From: Massalongia carnosa
Lineage: Eukaryota
Length of the DNA stretch: 64,000 nucleotides
Reading direction: 5' to 3'
Assembly: GCA_965645245.1 (NCBI GenBank)
Contig: OZ287078.1
Span: forward strand, 620,001 to 684,000
Position numbers and translations under genes: made by a program. Position 1 is the stretch's first letter. Each line of letters starts with the position of its first letter. Below, one piece after another: positions 34,101 through 47,437 of this stretch. The notes beneath the pieces were generated by a model that saw nothing but the letters and a program-made list of their open reading frames with translations, was not told the DNA's origin and ran no database searches.

Positions 34101-37100
34101 AGCATTTATTTTCACTTCTCCCGGACTACACTTTATCATTGGCGTAGCCTGTCCCGCTGAATATCGCGGGATCTGCTTCGGGAAACTTAATACTGTCATG
34201 CCACCAAATCCGAATCTAAGAATTGGACAGCCTTTCCATCTCTCAAGAGGGTCATTCTCCCGTCCATCAGAGGGTCTAATGTAATCGAACCGTTGAGAGA
34301 GGCTCTTGCTGTGGGGAAACCTTCTGGGTGGAGTATTTGCGAGAGCAGGTTGTGTATACGAAGAAGAATTTTGATGGTTTGTTGACGCAGGCCGCTGGTA
34401 GGGCTCTTGTAGATGCACGGGAAGCTGCTGTTTTGAACGCATAGCACTTGGTGATTGGGTCTGTGATCTTCGAGGTGGTCCGAAGTTACTTACTTCTGAA
34501 ACTTTCATTGTCCGCTCGGGAGTATTAGGAGAAGCAATGGTGTCGTTGATGGATAGGTGTTTCTCTAGCGAGTTGTAGCTTTGATGATTCTGCGGCGCGT
34601 AAGAGCTTCTTGGAGGCGGTGCGCTCATAGGCAAATCATCACCATGCGAGGGAGGAGAGGGTTGACTTGAAAGATACGAGTCCGAGGACAGTGGTGTGCC
34701 AGGTTCTGCCTGTAGTTTGACGGCTGAAAAAGCATCAAACTCCGGCTGAGTTCGTGACTGAAGATTGCTAGAAAGATGAAGTGGAAGTGGGCGCGTCTGT
34801 ATTTTTGGATGATTGGTGTCACGCAAAGCCACGTCGCCAGTAGGCAGCTGATGATGAGAAGACATTGGATTACTCTGAGCCAAAGGACTAGATGTGCGAG
34901 GCTGGAACGACATAGTCTGAGATGGTGGAGGAGGTCTTGAACCACCAGAGGGTGACGAAACATAACGGTTTCCAGGTGGCAGTACACTGATTTGAGATAC
35001 CGGCGCAGGAGAATAACTTGATTTCATGGCAGGGACAGCTTGATTAATCGAGCCTTGTTGGGGACTTTGCGCGTACAGACCAATTCGCTCAGGAGGAAGC
35101 AGTGGGTACCGTTGAGAGTTGCCGAAAGAGCTTGGAATAGACTGCTGTGTAGTTGAATTTGAGCGCGGTGGCTCGCGCTGGATTTGCGCTGTCTGGCTTG
35201 ACTGAAAAACTGCTGTAGCCGGTCTACCTCGGCTGCTAGACGGACGAGGCTTCGAAGAAGGCAACTCCTCGAAGAAACTGCTTGCATTGGCGTTGAAGCC
35301 AAGCGCTGGGGCGGAAGCTTTTGTTGAAGGAGTGCGCGAGTGAACCACGGTTGACAGTACTTTTGATGAAAGTGCATTGGAGATTGGTGGGTTTGATTCA
35401 ACCCGAGGAACGCCGCCAGGGTACATACTGCTGCTTCTGGGCGGAAGGAGAGGATGAGATTGGGCTTGAAGATTGGAAGAAGTTTGCGTCTGCTGAAATT
35501 GTGTCCGCTTCTTCGGTCGCGTTACATCCATGGGAAGATCATAAGGGGATTTGTAGCCTCCTTTAGACTTGTCAGAGAAGCTCTGCGCCGTTTCGGGCAT
35601 TTGAGGTCTTGAAGGCAAGGCATTCAATGAATGCCGATGTGGACCTTCAAGAGCAACGGGCGCCGAGAACGAGTGTGGCAAGTTGGTAGTCATGTAGGAG
35701 GATAATGGATCAACCACCCGGGAATTTTCCTGCTGAGAAAAGTCTCCTGACGATGGGTGTATTTGAAACTTTGAAGGAGTAGGCAAGTACCTAGATTGAG
35801 GCACTGGGCCACGACTCTGGGAGTGACCACTTGAAGGGTTGAAACCTTCCATATTAATATCATTCCTAAAATTGGATTGAGAATCAGGTGAAGGCAGTTG
35901 ATGGGAAAGAGGTCCATCCACAGTGTGCTCCTGGGTGTCCTCAAGGAAGCCCTGTCCGTCTTCTTCGAAGAATGACGAAGGATCCAATTGAGATTCATCC
36001 TCTTCTAGGAGCTCGTCGTCACCCAAGGCAGCTTGCCACAAGGCCGCGAGGTCTGCTTCGGGTGGTGTTTTAGCGTCAGACGAAAGTTCTTTTAACTGCG
36101 TGCCTTCAACTTGCTTTTCAGCAGATAATTGGGACATTTCTGCTGTCGTAGATGCAGTAACACCTTGCGCAGGCGACTCCACTGCAGTTAACTCATCTTC
36201 CGTGTGCTCTGGCTTCTTCATGTCCAACTCTTGAGGTAAAAATTGTAATGAGTCCAGAACCTGAGTAGTTGTCTTACGGTCCAGAGGCTGCGGTCTAAAA
36301 TTGAATAAGTCGTCTTGGGGATCTTCTGAAGCTTTGCCAAAAAAGTCTTTTTCATTCCGATCGAATGACGTGCTAGACGCCTCCACTTTGTTCTGGGCTT
36401 CCGCTGAAAAACCCCGAGAAACCTTTTCGTATGATCTCGACGATATCAGTGGTAGTCCTTCCTCAAACCTTGCTTCTTCATCGGCTGGCGACTGCGAAGT
36501 GGCTTCTTGACTTCCGCCCCAATGTGTGAAGGATCCTTTGGGTGTGCCCAAGTCAAAGACATCATGCGATATTCCAAAAATCCCTTCCCCAGAAGACATT
36601 GAACCCTCATCATGACCGCTAGCGAGAGTTACGCTTTCATTGCTTTCATTCAAGATGTCCACCGCTTGCGAAAGTGATAGTGGGTGAGGTGCTGAGGATT
36701 GTTCTTGATAAAGCGTGGGTACCTCTGGAAAAGAGTTTGTCCGATTCATGATGCTATCTTCGCTTGGCTTTTGGTGCATTTGCCCTAAATCCCAAGCCGT
36801 AGCCGCATGGCTTTCGCTCCTCAAGTTTGTAAAACTCAATGCAAAGTGATCTGATGATAGACCAATAGGACCTGGAGCTTCATCCCTTTGTGATGTCGCA
36901 TATTCTGGGAATCGTATGCCATCCAAAGAGTCTATATCATTTTGCAGACTAAGCCCAAATACATCTTCCATTGCTGCCTTCGGATGGTGCCTATCAACTC
37001 CATCTTCGTCCTTAAATGCATTAAATTCTCGCTCCTGATCTTTTCGCAAGGCATCGCCAGAGGACTGAGTTATAATACTTTCACCATCAAGTGACCCAGA

Positions 37101-37376
37101 AGGGAGAACCTCTGGACTTGAGGCATTCGATTTTGTAGCGTTAAATGGCAATGGTTCTCGCAGGAGATGCGGCGCAACCACCTTATGTGGAAGGTGTGGA
37201 TGTTCCGGAGAAGGGGTCGGCCGCAAAGTTATATGTTCTCGATTTTGGGGCGGTTCATCGCCAAACAGGTCTTTTGCATTCTCTGCAGTTTCCGGCCAGT
37301 AATTGTCAGGCCTCATTGCAGGGTTCCATGATCCGAGTCCATGATTTTGATCTTCCGACGGCGAATCTAAATCCAT
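31168..37376 (-). CDS. SEC16: COPII scaffold Sec16; exons 37376-31883 and 31826-31168
   Basis: Long S/P-rich N-terminus. Central domain DPLERWKGCPILRFGFGG...KCSPGEV...FPGPLK...LWAHAMLLAS...AAHVCF...YKLYHAMVLAEHGYRSEAQQYC. C-terminal [25 protein letters not shown] and GRGYVDVMAK. 56-nt GTATGT...TAG intron. Confidence 0.95.
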
Positions 37377-37995
37377 TACTTCAAGTTAAACTAGAGAAAC
37401 AGAAATTACTACTAATTGTTAGCCTGAAGCTACAAGCATTTTTCATCTTCCTTGAGGTTAATTCAGAGACAGCAATCAGGGGAGCGATTATCCCCTCCTC
37501 CCTTGCCCGCATAGAATTGGTTGGGGGTTCACATACCAAGTATACGTAGAAAAGAAGGCCAAGCTTTCAGTCATAAAGAGTTACACGCTTGAACGCATTA
37601 GCAACATGACGAGCTCCTCCACAGTAAAATCACAGCAGCAGATTAGATAGAAAGTAGAAGGTCAAGCGTTTGAAGACCGAAGGTTTTGGTAACTGTCATC
37701 TCTGAGTGACATTAACCAATTAGGTAATCAAAAAGCTTTGACCGTCCAGCCTCCACGTATTTTTGGGATATATCACGTGGTGATACATGTAGCCTGAGAA
37801 GGAGCAAGGAAGCAACAATGCGGTCGGAGTAAGACGCAGCTTAGGCTTCAACCGTCAAGAAATTTCCAACGTCGACATGCATATATCGAAGGGAATTTAC
37901 TCTCAAACAAATGTGCCAGAGCCATTCAGAGTTGATTCTTCCCGCCACGGCACCCCACTGGCTCTCCTCGTTCTAAGACTCCCCATGTAGGAGCG

Positions 37996-40900
37996 ATGTC
38001 AGAAGGCCATCACTATCACCTGCCAAACGCTCCTAGCTCATACTCCGACGGTTCCGATTCTGATATCGAGCTTGACTTGGAAGAGTTGGACCCTCATACA
38101 TCAAGTAGGGGTAATAGGCGCATCGATGCACCAAACAATGGTCAAAATGGGCAAAGGTCGATTGGGGGGAGAACGGGAGGGAGAATTCCACTCCGAAATC
38201 TGCGTATAGGAAGGACAGCAGATAGCGAACGTCAACGAAAAAAATATGGTAATGATAACGTAACGACGCATACTGGGCAGGAAGTCCGAGGGCAAAGGGG
38301 TGAAACTGTCGGTTCAGAAGATTCCCAAGAGAGCTCCTATGCTATTGAGGATGAAGTGCCATTGTTGAATCATACACTAGATCTTACTTCAGGAAGCGGT
38401 GCCTTCGATAGTGGGCAGCGGGGTATATTTTCGCGATTACCCCGTTTCTTGTTGGGAGACTTCGATCATTCTGTCCGAGGAGGCCATCCTCCCGGATCCA
38501 GTCATGAGACACAAACTGCGAGTGCATCTCGAAACATTAGCATAGGTCAATACCCGCAGCCAAGGTTCCCGCCAAATGCTGTATCAAATGCAAAATATAC
38601 AGCATGGAGCTTTTTACCACGAACGCTCTACAACGAGTTCTCTTTCTTTTACAACCTTTATTTTCTTCTTGTCGCACTCTCCCAAATAATACCCCCTTTG
38701 CGAATTGGATATTTGTCTACATATGCTGCCCCGCTTGTTTTCGTTCTTATAATCACTTTGGGAAAGGAAGCATTAGACGACATCGGGCGGCGAAGGAGGG
38801 ATTCCGAAGCAAACAAGGAAGAATATACAGTTCTCCGTCTCCGAGATTTGCGCGGTCGTCCACATGGGAACCTGAGTAAGAAAGGATTACGAAAACGACC
38901 AAGAAAAGGGCTAGGCATAGCCAAAATTTCTAGGCGTACTCGCCTTGACGCTATTGAGGAGGAGGAAGAAAATATGGGTGGTAACCATACAGATTCTCTT
39001 TCGAGTATCAAGGTTGACGAAATTCGAATTAGGTCTCGGGATCTCAAGGTCGGAGACGTACTGAAATTAGGCAAAGATCAGAGAGTACCGGCGGATTTAG
39101 TCATTCTCAAAAGCTACACAACTGAGTCAGCAGCGATGGCACCTGATACTTCCCTGTCCGAGATAAATGGTAGGACGGCATCTGGCTCCGTTCTCGGAAA
39201 ATCGGAACTCGATTCCGCTGGGAACCTTATATCGATGGAACAAAACTCGAAAGAGCCAGCGAGCCCTATCAACGCCGCCTCTTCAAAATCTTCGGAAAGT
39301 GTCGGTGAGACGTTCATACGTACTGACCAACTAGACGGAGAGACAGACTGGAAATTACGCTTGGCATCGCCCCTCACACAGTCTTTGGATCCACGTAATT
39401 TCACGCGGTTAAGGCTTGTGGCAGCCATGCCTGATAGGAAAGTTCATGAGTTCTATGGGACTATCGAGTATACCCCTCAAGCCACAGGACCTTCGACTGT
39501 GTCAACTCAAAGGGATGATAAAGCCACTCAAACTGCACCTCTGACCATCGACAATACCGCATGGGCAAACACCGTGCTTGCATCAAACGCTGCCGTTTTG
39601 GCGGTCGTGGTATATACTGGAGCGCAAACACGACAGGCACTCTCTACCTCCGCTTCAAGATCGAAGACTGGACTTCTTGACCACGAAATCAATAACCTTA
39701 CCAAAATTCTCTTCGCCCTAACTCTTACTCTATCCGTTATTTTAGTTGCATTGGAAGGGTTTGAGACTCGAGGAGAGGACCGCTGGTACATTGCAATACC
39801 GAAGTTCTTAATACTTTACTCAACCATTATTCCGATTAGTCTTCGCGTGAATCTTGATATGGGTAAATCTGTCTACGCCTGGTTTATTGAGCGAGATCAA
39901 GGAATTCCTGGTACAGTGGTAAGGACTAGTACCATCCCTGAGGAATTAGGACGCATTGAATATCTTCTAAGCGACAAGACTGGAACACTGACACAGAATG
40001 GTACGTATCCTAACACCTTTTTCTGAGTATATCTAATGAAAATACCAGAAATGGAGCTAAAAAAAATCCATGTCGGAACTGTTTCTTACGCTAATGAAGC
40101 TATGGACGAAGTCACCTCCTACATTCAACAGGGCTTCTCAAATGGCGCACCCTCGGACGTCCTGCAGGCTTCAACTCTTTTCACACCATCCTCTACTTAT
40201 TATTCTTCCTCAGTTGGAGCCTCAACGACCCGTACCCGACGTGAAATCGGCTCTCGGGTACGAGATCTAGTTCTCGCTCTAGCTTTATGTCATAATGTTA
40301 CCCCAACTACAGAGGAAGAAGATGGACACAGCTTCACTACTTATCAGGCATCTTCACCGGATGAGATTGCCATTGTACGATGGACAGAGAGCGTCGGTTT
40401 ACGGCTATTGCACCGTGATCGACACAGCATCACCCTTCAGTCCGTCGATACCTCTCGCGTTGTTGTTAAGGTTCGAATACTGGACATCTTCCCCTTTACA
40501 TCGGAAGGAAAGCGGATGGGCATTATCTTGCAGTTCTTCCAACGAGCCAAGTCCGCTGTAGATTCTGCAGATGAGTCCAGCGAAATTTGGTTTTACCAGA
40601 AGGGAGCGGACACGGTGATGAGCTCTATCGTCGCCGGGAACGACTGGTTAGATGAAGAAACCGCTAATATGGCACGGGAAGGGCTGCGCACATTAGTTGT
40701 GGGTAGAAGAAAGCTATCATCTCAACAGTACCAGGATTTTTCTTCACGCTTCAAGCACGCCTCGCTGTCCTTACAGCATCGAGACTCGAGCATGGGACGT
40801 GTTGTTAGGGATTTTCTTGAGAATAATCTGGAACTCTTGGGCGTCACGGGTGTCGAAGATAAACTTCAGAAGGATGTGAAACCTTCCCTTGAGCTCCTTC

Positions 40901-42063
40901 GTAACGCTGGCATCAAAATCTGGATGTTGACAGGTGACAAAGTCGAGACAGCCCGCTGCGTGGCTGTTTCGGCAAAGTTGGTTTCCCGCACTCAATACAT
41001 CCACACTATTACCAACCTCTCTACGGATCCCAATCCGTCCGCCGCCATTGATGCCCTGTCTCTCCTACGCTCAAAACCCGACTCAACTGCTCTCCTCATA
41101 GATGGCAATTCCCTTTCTCATTTCCTAACTCTCCACCAAGAAGCTTTTATTTCTCTCGCCGTCCTCCTTCCAGCGGTAATCGCCTGCCGCTGCTCCCCCA
41201 CCCAAAAAGCCGATGTCGCAACGCTGATTCGTCAATTCACTCACAAGCGTGTCGCCTGTATCGGTGATGGTGGCAACGATGTCTCCATGATTCAAGCTGC
41301 TGACATCGGAATTGGGATCGTTGGTAAAGAAGGTCGTCAAGCGTCCCTAGCGGCCGACTTCTCCATCACACAGTTCCACCACCTAACCAAGCTTCTCGTA
41401 TGGCACGGCCGCAACTCCTACAAGCGCAGCGCCAAGCTGGCGCAGTTCGTCATCCACCGGGGCCTCATCATCTCTGTCTGCCAGACAGTTTACAGCGCCT
41501 CCACGCACTTTGAGCCGCACGCGCTCTACCGTGACTGGCTACTTGTCGGCTACGCGACCGTGTACACGATGGCGCCCGTTTTCAGCCTCGTGTTGGACAC
41601 GGATGTTGACGAGGCGCTCGCCAATCTCTATCCGGAATTATACAAAGAACTAACCGCCGGCGCAACGCTTAGCTACCGTACTTTCTTCGTCTGGGTCGCC
41701 GTCAGCATTTACCAGGGAGGCATCATCCAGGGGCTAAGTCAGATCCTCGTCGGTAGCGCAGATTTCCCCCGCATGCTCAGCGTCAGTTTTACCGTGCTCG
41801 TCATCAATGAGCTCATCATGGTCGCGTGCGAGGTCGTCACTTGGCACTGGATCATGACTCTTGCTTTGTTAGGCACCTTCACCGCGTACGCCGGCAGCGT
41901 ACCCTTTCTCGGCGACTACTTTGATCTAGGCTACGTGTGGAGCTGGGGGTTTGTGTGGAGGGTGGTAGCCATCAGCGCGATCAGTCTGGTGCCACCGTAC
42001 AGCTTGAAGATTCTCCGGAGGACGTTGCGCCCCCCCAGCTACCGGAAGGTGCAAGGGATTTGA
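37996..42063 (+). CDS. NEO1: P4-type ATPase phospholipid flippase Neo1 (ATP9-like); intron 40001-40048
   Basis: NAVSNAKYTAWSFLP, FIRTDQLDGETDWKLR, IIPISLRVNLDMGK, LSDKTGTLTQNEM (phosphorylated Asp), YQASSPDE, LLGVTGVEDKLQ, WMLTGDKVETA and IGDGGNDVSMIQAAD. Confidence 0.96.
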
Positions 42064-43585
42064 GGAATTCCCTGGAGTAGTGGGTAAGGAGTTTCGGGAA
42101 GTTTGGGGGAGAATCGGGAGGGTTTTCGAGCTAGGCAAAGATTTTTGTATATTTATATCAGGGACGTGGGTTAGGTTGCATAGCATGCTTGGAGTTGATC
42201 ATTTTGTTGTTTGTATTCGTATCCAAAAGAGATGTTTTCAATCAATCAATTATCTTTCCTGCAAATTTGAGTTCCCTCACTATTAACTCCTATACGACTA
42301 TATACTGAGGGTTGTATTGACGAAGGACGCAGAAATTCTTCTTCTTCTTCTTCTTCTTCCTCTCCTATCCACATTTTTCTCTTCTCGAATGCATGTCTCC
42401 TCTCTTTGTCTTTCTGTATTATATTCTTTCCCTTCCCTTTCCATCTCTCCTCCCTCCCCTCCGAACCCTTCGTACATCTTTCCCTCTCTTCTTTTCCCCC
42501 AATCTAATCTTTTTCACCATTGTCATCTTCACAAATTCCAAATTTCTCCAACTCCCCCCCCCCCCGGGTTCTTCTCTCTTCTCATCGACTAACCCTATCT
42601 TTCGCTTTCCTTCATTCGATTTCCACCGTCCCCGGGGTTTTGCAAGGTACTCAAGAATTTCTTGCAACTCATACCTTCCTCCGTCCAGCCAGACTTTCGT
42701 CCATTCATTTCTGATCAAAACACTAAGTTCAGAACCTCATTTCGTATCTTACCATATATCCTCTTCCTAGCTGGATGGGAAGGGGAGACCGCCGACGAAA
42801 CGACTCCCTTGCTTCAAACTCTTCGAAAACGAAAGGGATAACAACCCTCTTCCTTAAATACTTGGACAAAAAAAAAGAAAAACATACAACAACCGGGATT
42901 CGCTGGTGGTCACCCACCCAACTACTGATCGGTCGATCTGAAGCTTATATATGGCAGAGCGGACGGGATACCTAGTTCTCCTCAGTCTGTGGTCGTATGT
43001 GGAAGGACAGCTAGGAGTTTGGGTATATACATGAGACTATAGGTACGGATTTGGGAAGGGGAAGGAAATGGGTAACATAAGAGATTTGGTGGCGCATTTG
43101 TAAAGGAGAGTCAAGACTGGCTATATTTTGAAGAGTAGGCTTGATGATTTGGTAAGGAGTTTAAATGAAAAATAAAACGGCGGGAGAGTTGGAAGAGAAG
43201 TATCTAGCATAAATAACGAGTAGATAGAAGTTATGTTATCCTAGAATTAAATACGGCAAGCAGTGGTTTTCACCCGGATAGTCAATTTAGCACTTAGTGT
43301 ACATTTCCTATCCATTGGTAAAACTTGTACAATATTCGATCTCTACTCGTGGTTGGTTGGAGAAAGTAGAGGCAAGGAATGGGGTTAATGTAGATACACT
43401 CGCTTCTCAATTTTTGGTTTACCCAACCAAACAAACTCCCACGTTCGCAAACCTACCACGAACCAACCGTTCAGTAAATATTCACTTCCAAACATCTAGC
43501 GTCCCATCAACGGGATTGGAGGCCCAACTGTTAGAGGTACTTAGACCCCATAAGCAGTCCAGTTCCATCTTCCTCATTTCTTCAG

Positions 43586-45230
43586 TCAACCTTGACAGCG
43601 CCACTCGATGAATTCTGGGGAGAGAATGTGACCGTAAGGGGCTGATTGCGCGTCTTGCGTTCGTTCGAATACCTTGATCACGGGGGACTTCGGCTTGCGT
43701 TGAATTAGGTATACGGCGCCTTCCGTGGTAATGGTTTTTTTAAGGTCTGGTTTTTGTGGAAGGGGTAAGGGTTGGTTGTTAGCTGTTTTTCGGGTTTATG
43801 TGTGTGTCTCTTTCTCTTTTCTTGGGAGTATTTCAAAATAGAAAAGAAGAAACGAGAAGACAATATTACTCACATTCTAGAAAGCTAGCCGTAAATTTAA
43901 TGCAGAGATTTCCATCCCAGCTGCTCCCCTGCTTCTTTACCATCACAGGTATGCTCGCCGTTTCAAGCAGCTCGAGCCGCTGCAGAACCCCATCCTTGCT
44001 ACGGAAGCCCACGATAATCTTCGGTACACCTAGGAGAAACGACTGCAGCCAGAACTTAAGCAGTTTGCGTTCGTACTTGATCGTATCTCTCTGGCTCTCA
44101 ATTTCTGCTGAAGTTTTCAATTCGACCCAGTTGATAGGCAAGTCTTTCTGCTCGGGCTTACAGCCCCAGACTGGGTAGCGGTGGTGGTTAGCGAGCTTTT
44201 TTGGGAACGAGTTTGGATAGGAGCATTGGATGTTTCAACGTATTGGCTTACGGGCATCGACTTCGCCGCCGAGGATCATCTTTTCCATGCCGATGCGAGT
44301 CTTTACGACTGAGCAGTACTGCGCAAGGTTGTTCACGACCATATCTTCCCGGCCCTCGATGTATTCCCTTGACGTAGGGTCCCATTGGTCAGGAATCGTT
44401 GCTAAAGTTTCAAATTTGTAGCCTGACAAGGTGATAAGCCTTCCTCTGAGGTACACTGGGAAATCCAAGCATACCCCAGTAGGTCATTAACTCTTGTGAA
44501 GGCTCCCCCGGCACCGAGGGTTGGCTTAACTGCGATTTTCTTGACTCAAGCTTGTATTCGTGATTCTCCTCAATAAAGCTTGGAGAGGTCGGTATGCTGT
44601 AGCTTCAAGGGTTATTCCGAACGAAACTTACATTGTGTTCTTGGGGCAACGAGTCAGTTTAAAAATAACGTCGTCTTATCTCTCCACATAGATAGGTTTG
44701 CCCACTTGAAATCTTGTTGCATTCATTTCAAAACTATGGATTCAATCAGAATAGGCTCTCTATAGATGGCTATAAAATAGCATACCCACCCATTATTGTC
44801 AAAAGGAGCGGCCATAATCTTCCCTTCATAAGCCATCGTCTCCAGAGTGCAATTGTATGATTCACCTTGGTCATCATGCCTCTCCAGGTAATGAACTCGG
44901 CTTCGCATTTCTTCCCAGTCTGTTTTTCTAGGTTGATGATGGTCTTAAGGAGACTATCCAGGTGGCTGTCTGTAGTATCATCAAGCTGCTCAAAGGCAAT
45001 AAAGCCGTTGGAGAGGTTAACGCCTAGATTCGGGGGGTAATAGTAGCGAAGTGATCGCTCGTCTGGGTGATATTCATGGTTTTCATCATATGAAAAACAT
45101 GCTATCTCCTATATTTGTTTCTCGTGAGCTCATCGAACTTCATAGGAAGTCTAATACGCACCTTAGGTCGTCGAATAACAGCTCTGGATTCGGCGAACCT
45201 ATGGAGTGGATGAATGTTGAATCCACTCAT
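43586..45230 (-). CDS. RAI1: Decapping/deNADding nuclease Rai1 (DXO family), multi-exon with an 8-nt microexon at 44632-44639
   Basis: Spliced protein MSGFNIHPLHRF...RRPK-EIACFSYD...SLRYYYPP...ITWRGMMTK-IMAAPF...FIEENHEYK...GYKFETL...QYCSVVKT...LGGEVDA...WVELKTS...KLLKFWLQSFLLGVPKIIVGFR...ILSPEFIEWRCQG*. Confidence 0.93.
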
Positions 45231-45493
45231 TCTGACTAATGGAGGTCTTTGAGAGGAGAGATGACGAATGATACCTGGTGTATGAAGAGCAACATTTAAA
45301 GACAGTTTTATGTTGTTCATCCCCCAAGAGGTGGTAATCGAACTGTCAAGCACGTTTAAACGCATAGAAATAAGCCCTGCAGGTACATATCGCGAAATCA
45401 CGTGCATTGTTTTCTATAACATATCCTTCACCATTCCGAAGTACTTTATCTCGACTAACTTTCCTTGTTCTTCCTCAATGCAAAAAAATAACC

Positions 45494-46071
45494 ATGGTCT
45501 TGAAACCATCTTCATCAAGGCCACTGGCCATCACTGGCGCTACTGTTCGACGGAATCTGTTTAGTCAGCATTCCCTAAGGCGCCCGGCCGCCAGCATTTC
45601 AACCTCGACATCGGTAACCACACTGCTCGAGTCGCCAAAAGACGACGGGTCGGAGATAGTCGTTAAGGATCAGAATGGCAATTACCAGGTTCAAATCCCG
45701 CTGTTGCCACCGCTGGAGGATGATCAAGCGCAGGATGACGATACGACGGAAAAAGAAAGTGGGTTTAGGGAAATGGTTTTATGGGGAGCTTTGTTGCTAA
45801 AGGTTGGAATTTAGAAATCGAGGCAAGGTTACTGGAGATATACAAGGACAGGAGTATCCAGGCTGGTGAGCAGACAGGTTAGTTATTGCAATGCCTTGAG
45901 TTCTCAATGCGCGAAAGCTAATAAGACTCAGAGATTTTGAGCGCCGTTCATTCAAGCCTCAGGAGAAAAGTGACTTCATTAGATCATGACAGCTGGATGT
46001 TCAAAGCAAACTGCTGGGACTTCGCCGCCGAGCCCGCTCCTCACGCGTATGTCAACCGGCGCCCTCAATAA
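45494..46071 (+). CDS. Small hypothetical protein (~155 aa) with a C-terminal LxxDxWMF motif resembling APC16/Apc9; exons 45494-45758, 45815-45877, 45932-46071
   Basis: Two canonical introns (GTGGGT...GCTAA...TAG and GTTAGT...GCTAAT...CAG) splice in frame. Motifs VRRNLF, IVVKDQNGNY and SLRRKVTSLDHDSWMFK. Confidence 0.75.
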
Positions 46072-46147
46072 TCCAGCCGGCCAATCCAGGAAAACGGGCG
46101 CTCTCGGACGAAACAAATATCTATCATGCACCCGTTTCGTATACACT

Positions 46148-47437
46148 TCAGTCAAGATCTACAGCCGGCGGCGCTGTCACCTCTGCTTTCTTCAGCTTCG
46201 GCGTAGAGGGCCTCGGCGAACCCCCAAACCCCATCATGCTCCCCATCATGTCGAACAACGGATTGCCCTGCCTTGGGATCCTAATGCCAAAATACAGCTC
46301 TCCGATCTGCGCTAGGGCATCATCCCACATGCCCACCTCCTTAAGATGGGGCGCGTAATGCTTAGCTAGCTGCTTGTACAGGTCTGTACCTCCCCGCTGA
46401 ACGGCCAGTAACAGCAGGCCCAGGAAATTCAAGAGCGGGAGCGAGGGATAGATGCGCATGTCGGCGCTCGAGCTGCTGACTTCCTGTACGCCGAGGGATT
46501 TATTGGCGTTGCTGAGGCGCGTGGTGAAGATAAGGTACGCTTTGTTGGCGGAGCGTAGGTTGCTAGTGAGGAGGTAGGGGAACACGGCGCGCGCGGCGTA
46601 AAGGGCGGCCGTGTGCGAGTCGTCCTGGGTGTACCATTCGTACTCGACATTAGCAAGTTGTTCAGGCGAGTCCTTGGTGCCAAAGGCAAGATGTCGTTCG
46701 GCTTCGTACGGTTCATGATCTATCACCGCGGAGAATGTACGGATCAGCCTCAAGACACTACCAACTAATCAAGCGGTCTATCCCATGAAAGGTGCCTGCA
46801 GCAATCCCATTCCCTGTCTCACCTTCAGCAAACAGCGTCCCAGCCACATGATGCAGCTCCGGATCACCATGCGGGTACTCGCCGACCTTGCCCGACCACG
46901 CCATCATTTCGCCCACAAACTTCTTCTTCGTTGGTTCCCCCCGCGGGAACGCCCGCAATATCGTTACCAACCGTGCTATAAACCCGCCGGCAAGAGCCCT
47001 CAAAAATTAGCCAGTTATTTTGCAAAAACCCCCCACTATTCAACTCCAAAGGCTCCCACAGAACAGAGTGTATGAGCAACCAACAAACCTCTATTTTCCC
47101 CCCCAGCCCCAAACCCCATCTCCCCCTTTCCTAGCACCTCCACAAAGAACCCTGCAAGATCCCCTCCGCTGCCCCCCTGCCCCGCGCGCAACAGCGCCAC
47201 CGCGCCCTCGAATAGCACGTCTGCGGCCGCGGCCCAGTTTTCCGCTTTCACATACCGCGCGGCGATGACGCGCAGTTGCTGGTGCGCTTCGTAGTATTGG
47301 CCAGATGCGATTCTATTTGGGGAGAGGATGAGATGTAGGGTTAGTTGATGGGAAGATGGATGAATATGGATGGAAGGGCGGGGGCGGTTTTACTTTTCTT
47401 GTTGACGAGCGATGGTTTTCTGAATTTTGGAAGCCAT
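46148..47437 (-). CDS. GET4: GET pathway component Get4 (DUF410 family), multi-exon
   Basis: MASKIQKTIARQQEK-IASGQYYEAHQQLRVIAARY...GQGGSGGDL, WSGKVGEYPHGDPELHH, YEAERHLAFGT, RAVFPYL, PLLNFLGLLL and IGELYFGI. Confidence 0.93.

Noticed and set aside
42317..43611. Short ORFs between NEO1 and RAI1
   Set aside because: Low-complexity pyrimidine- or purine-rich intergenic DNA with no domain signal.
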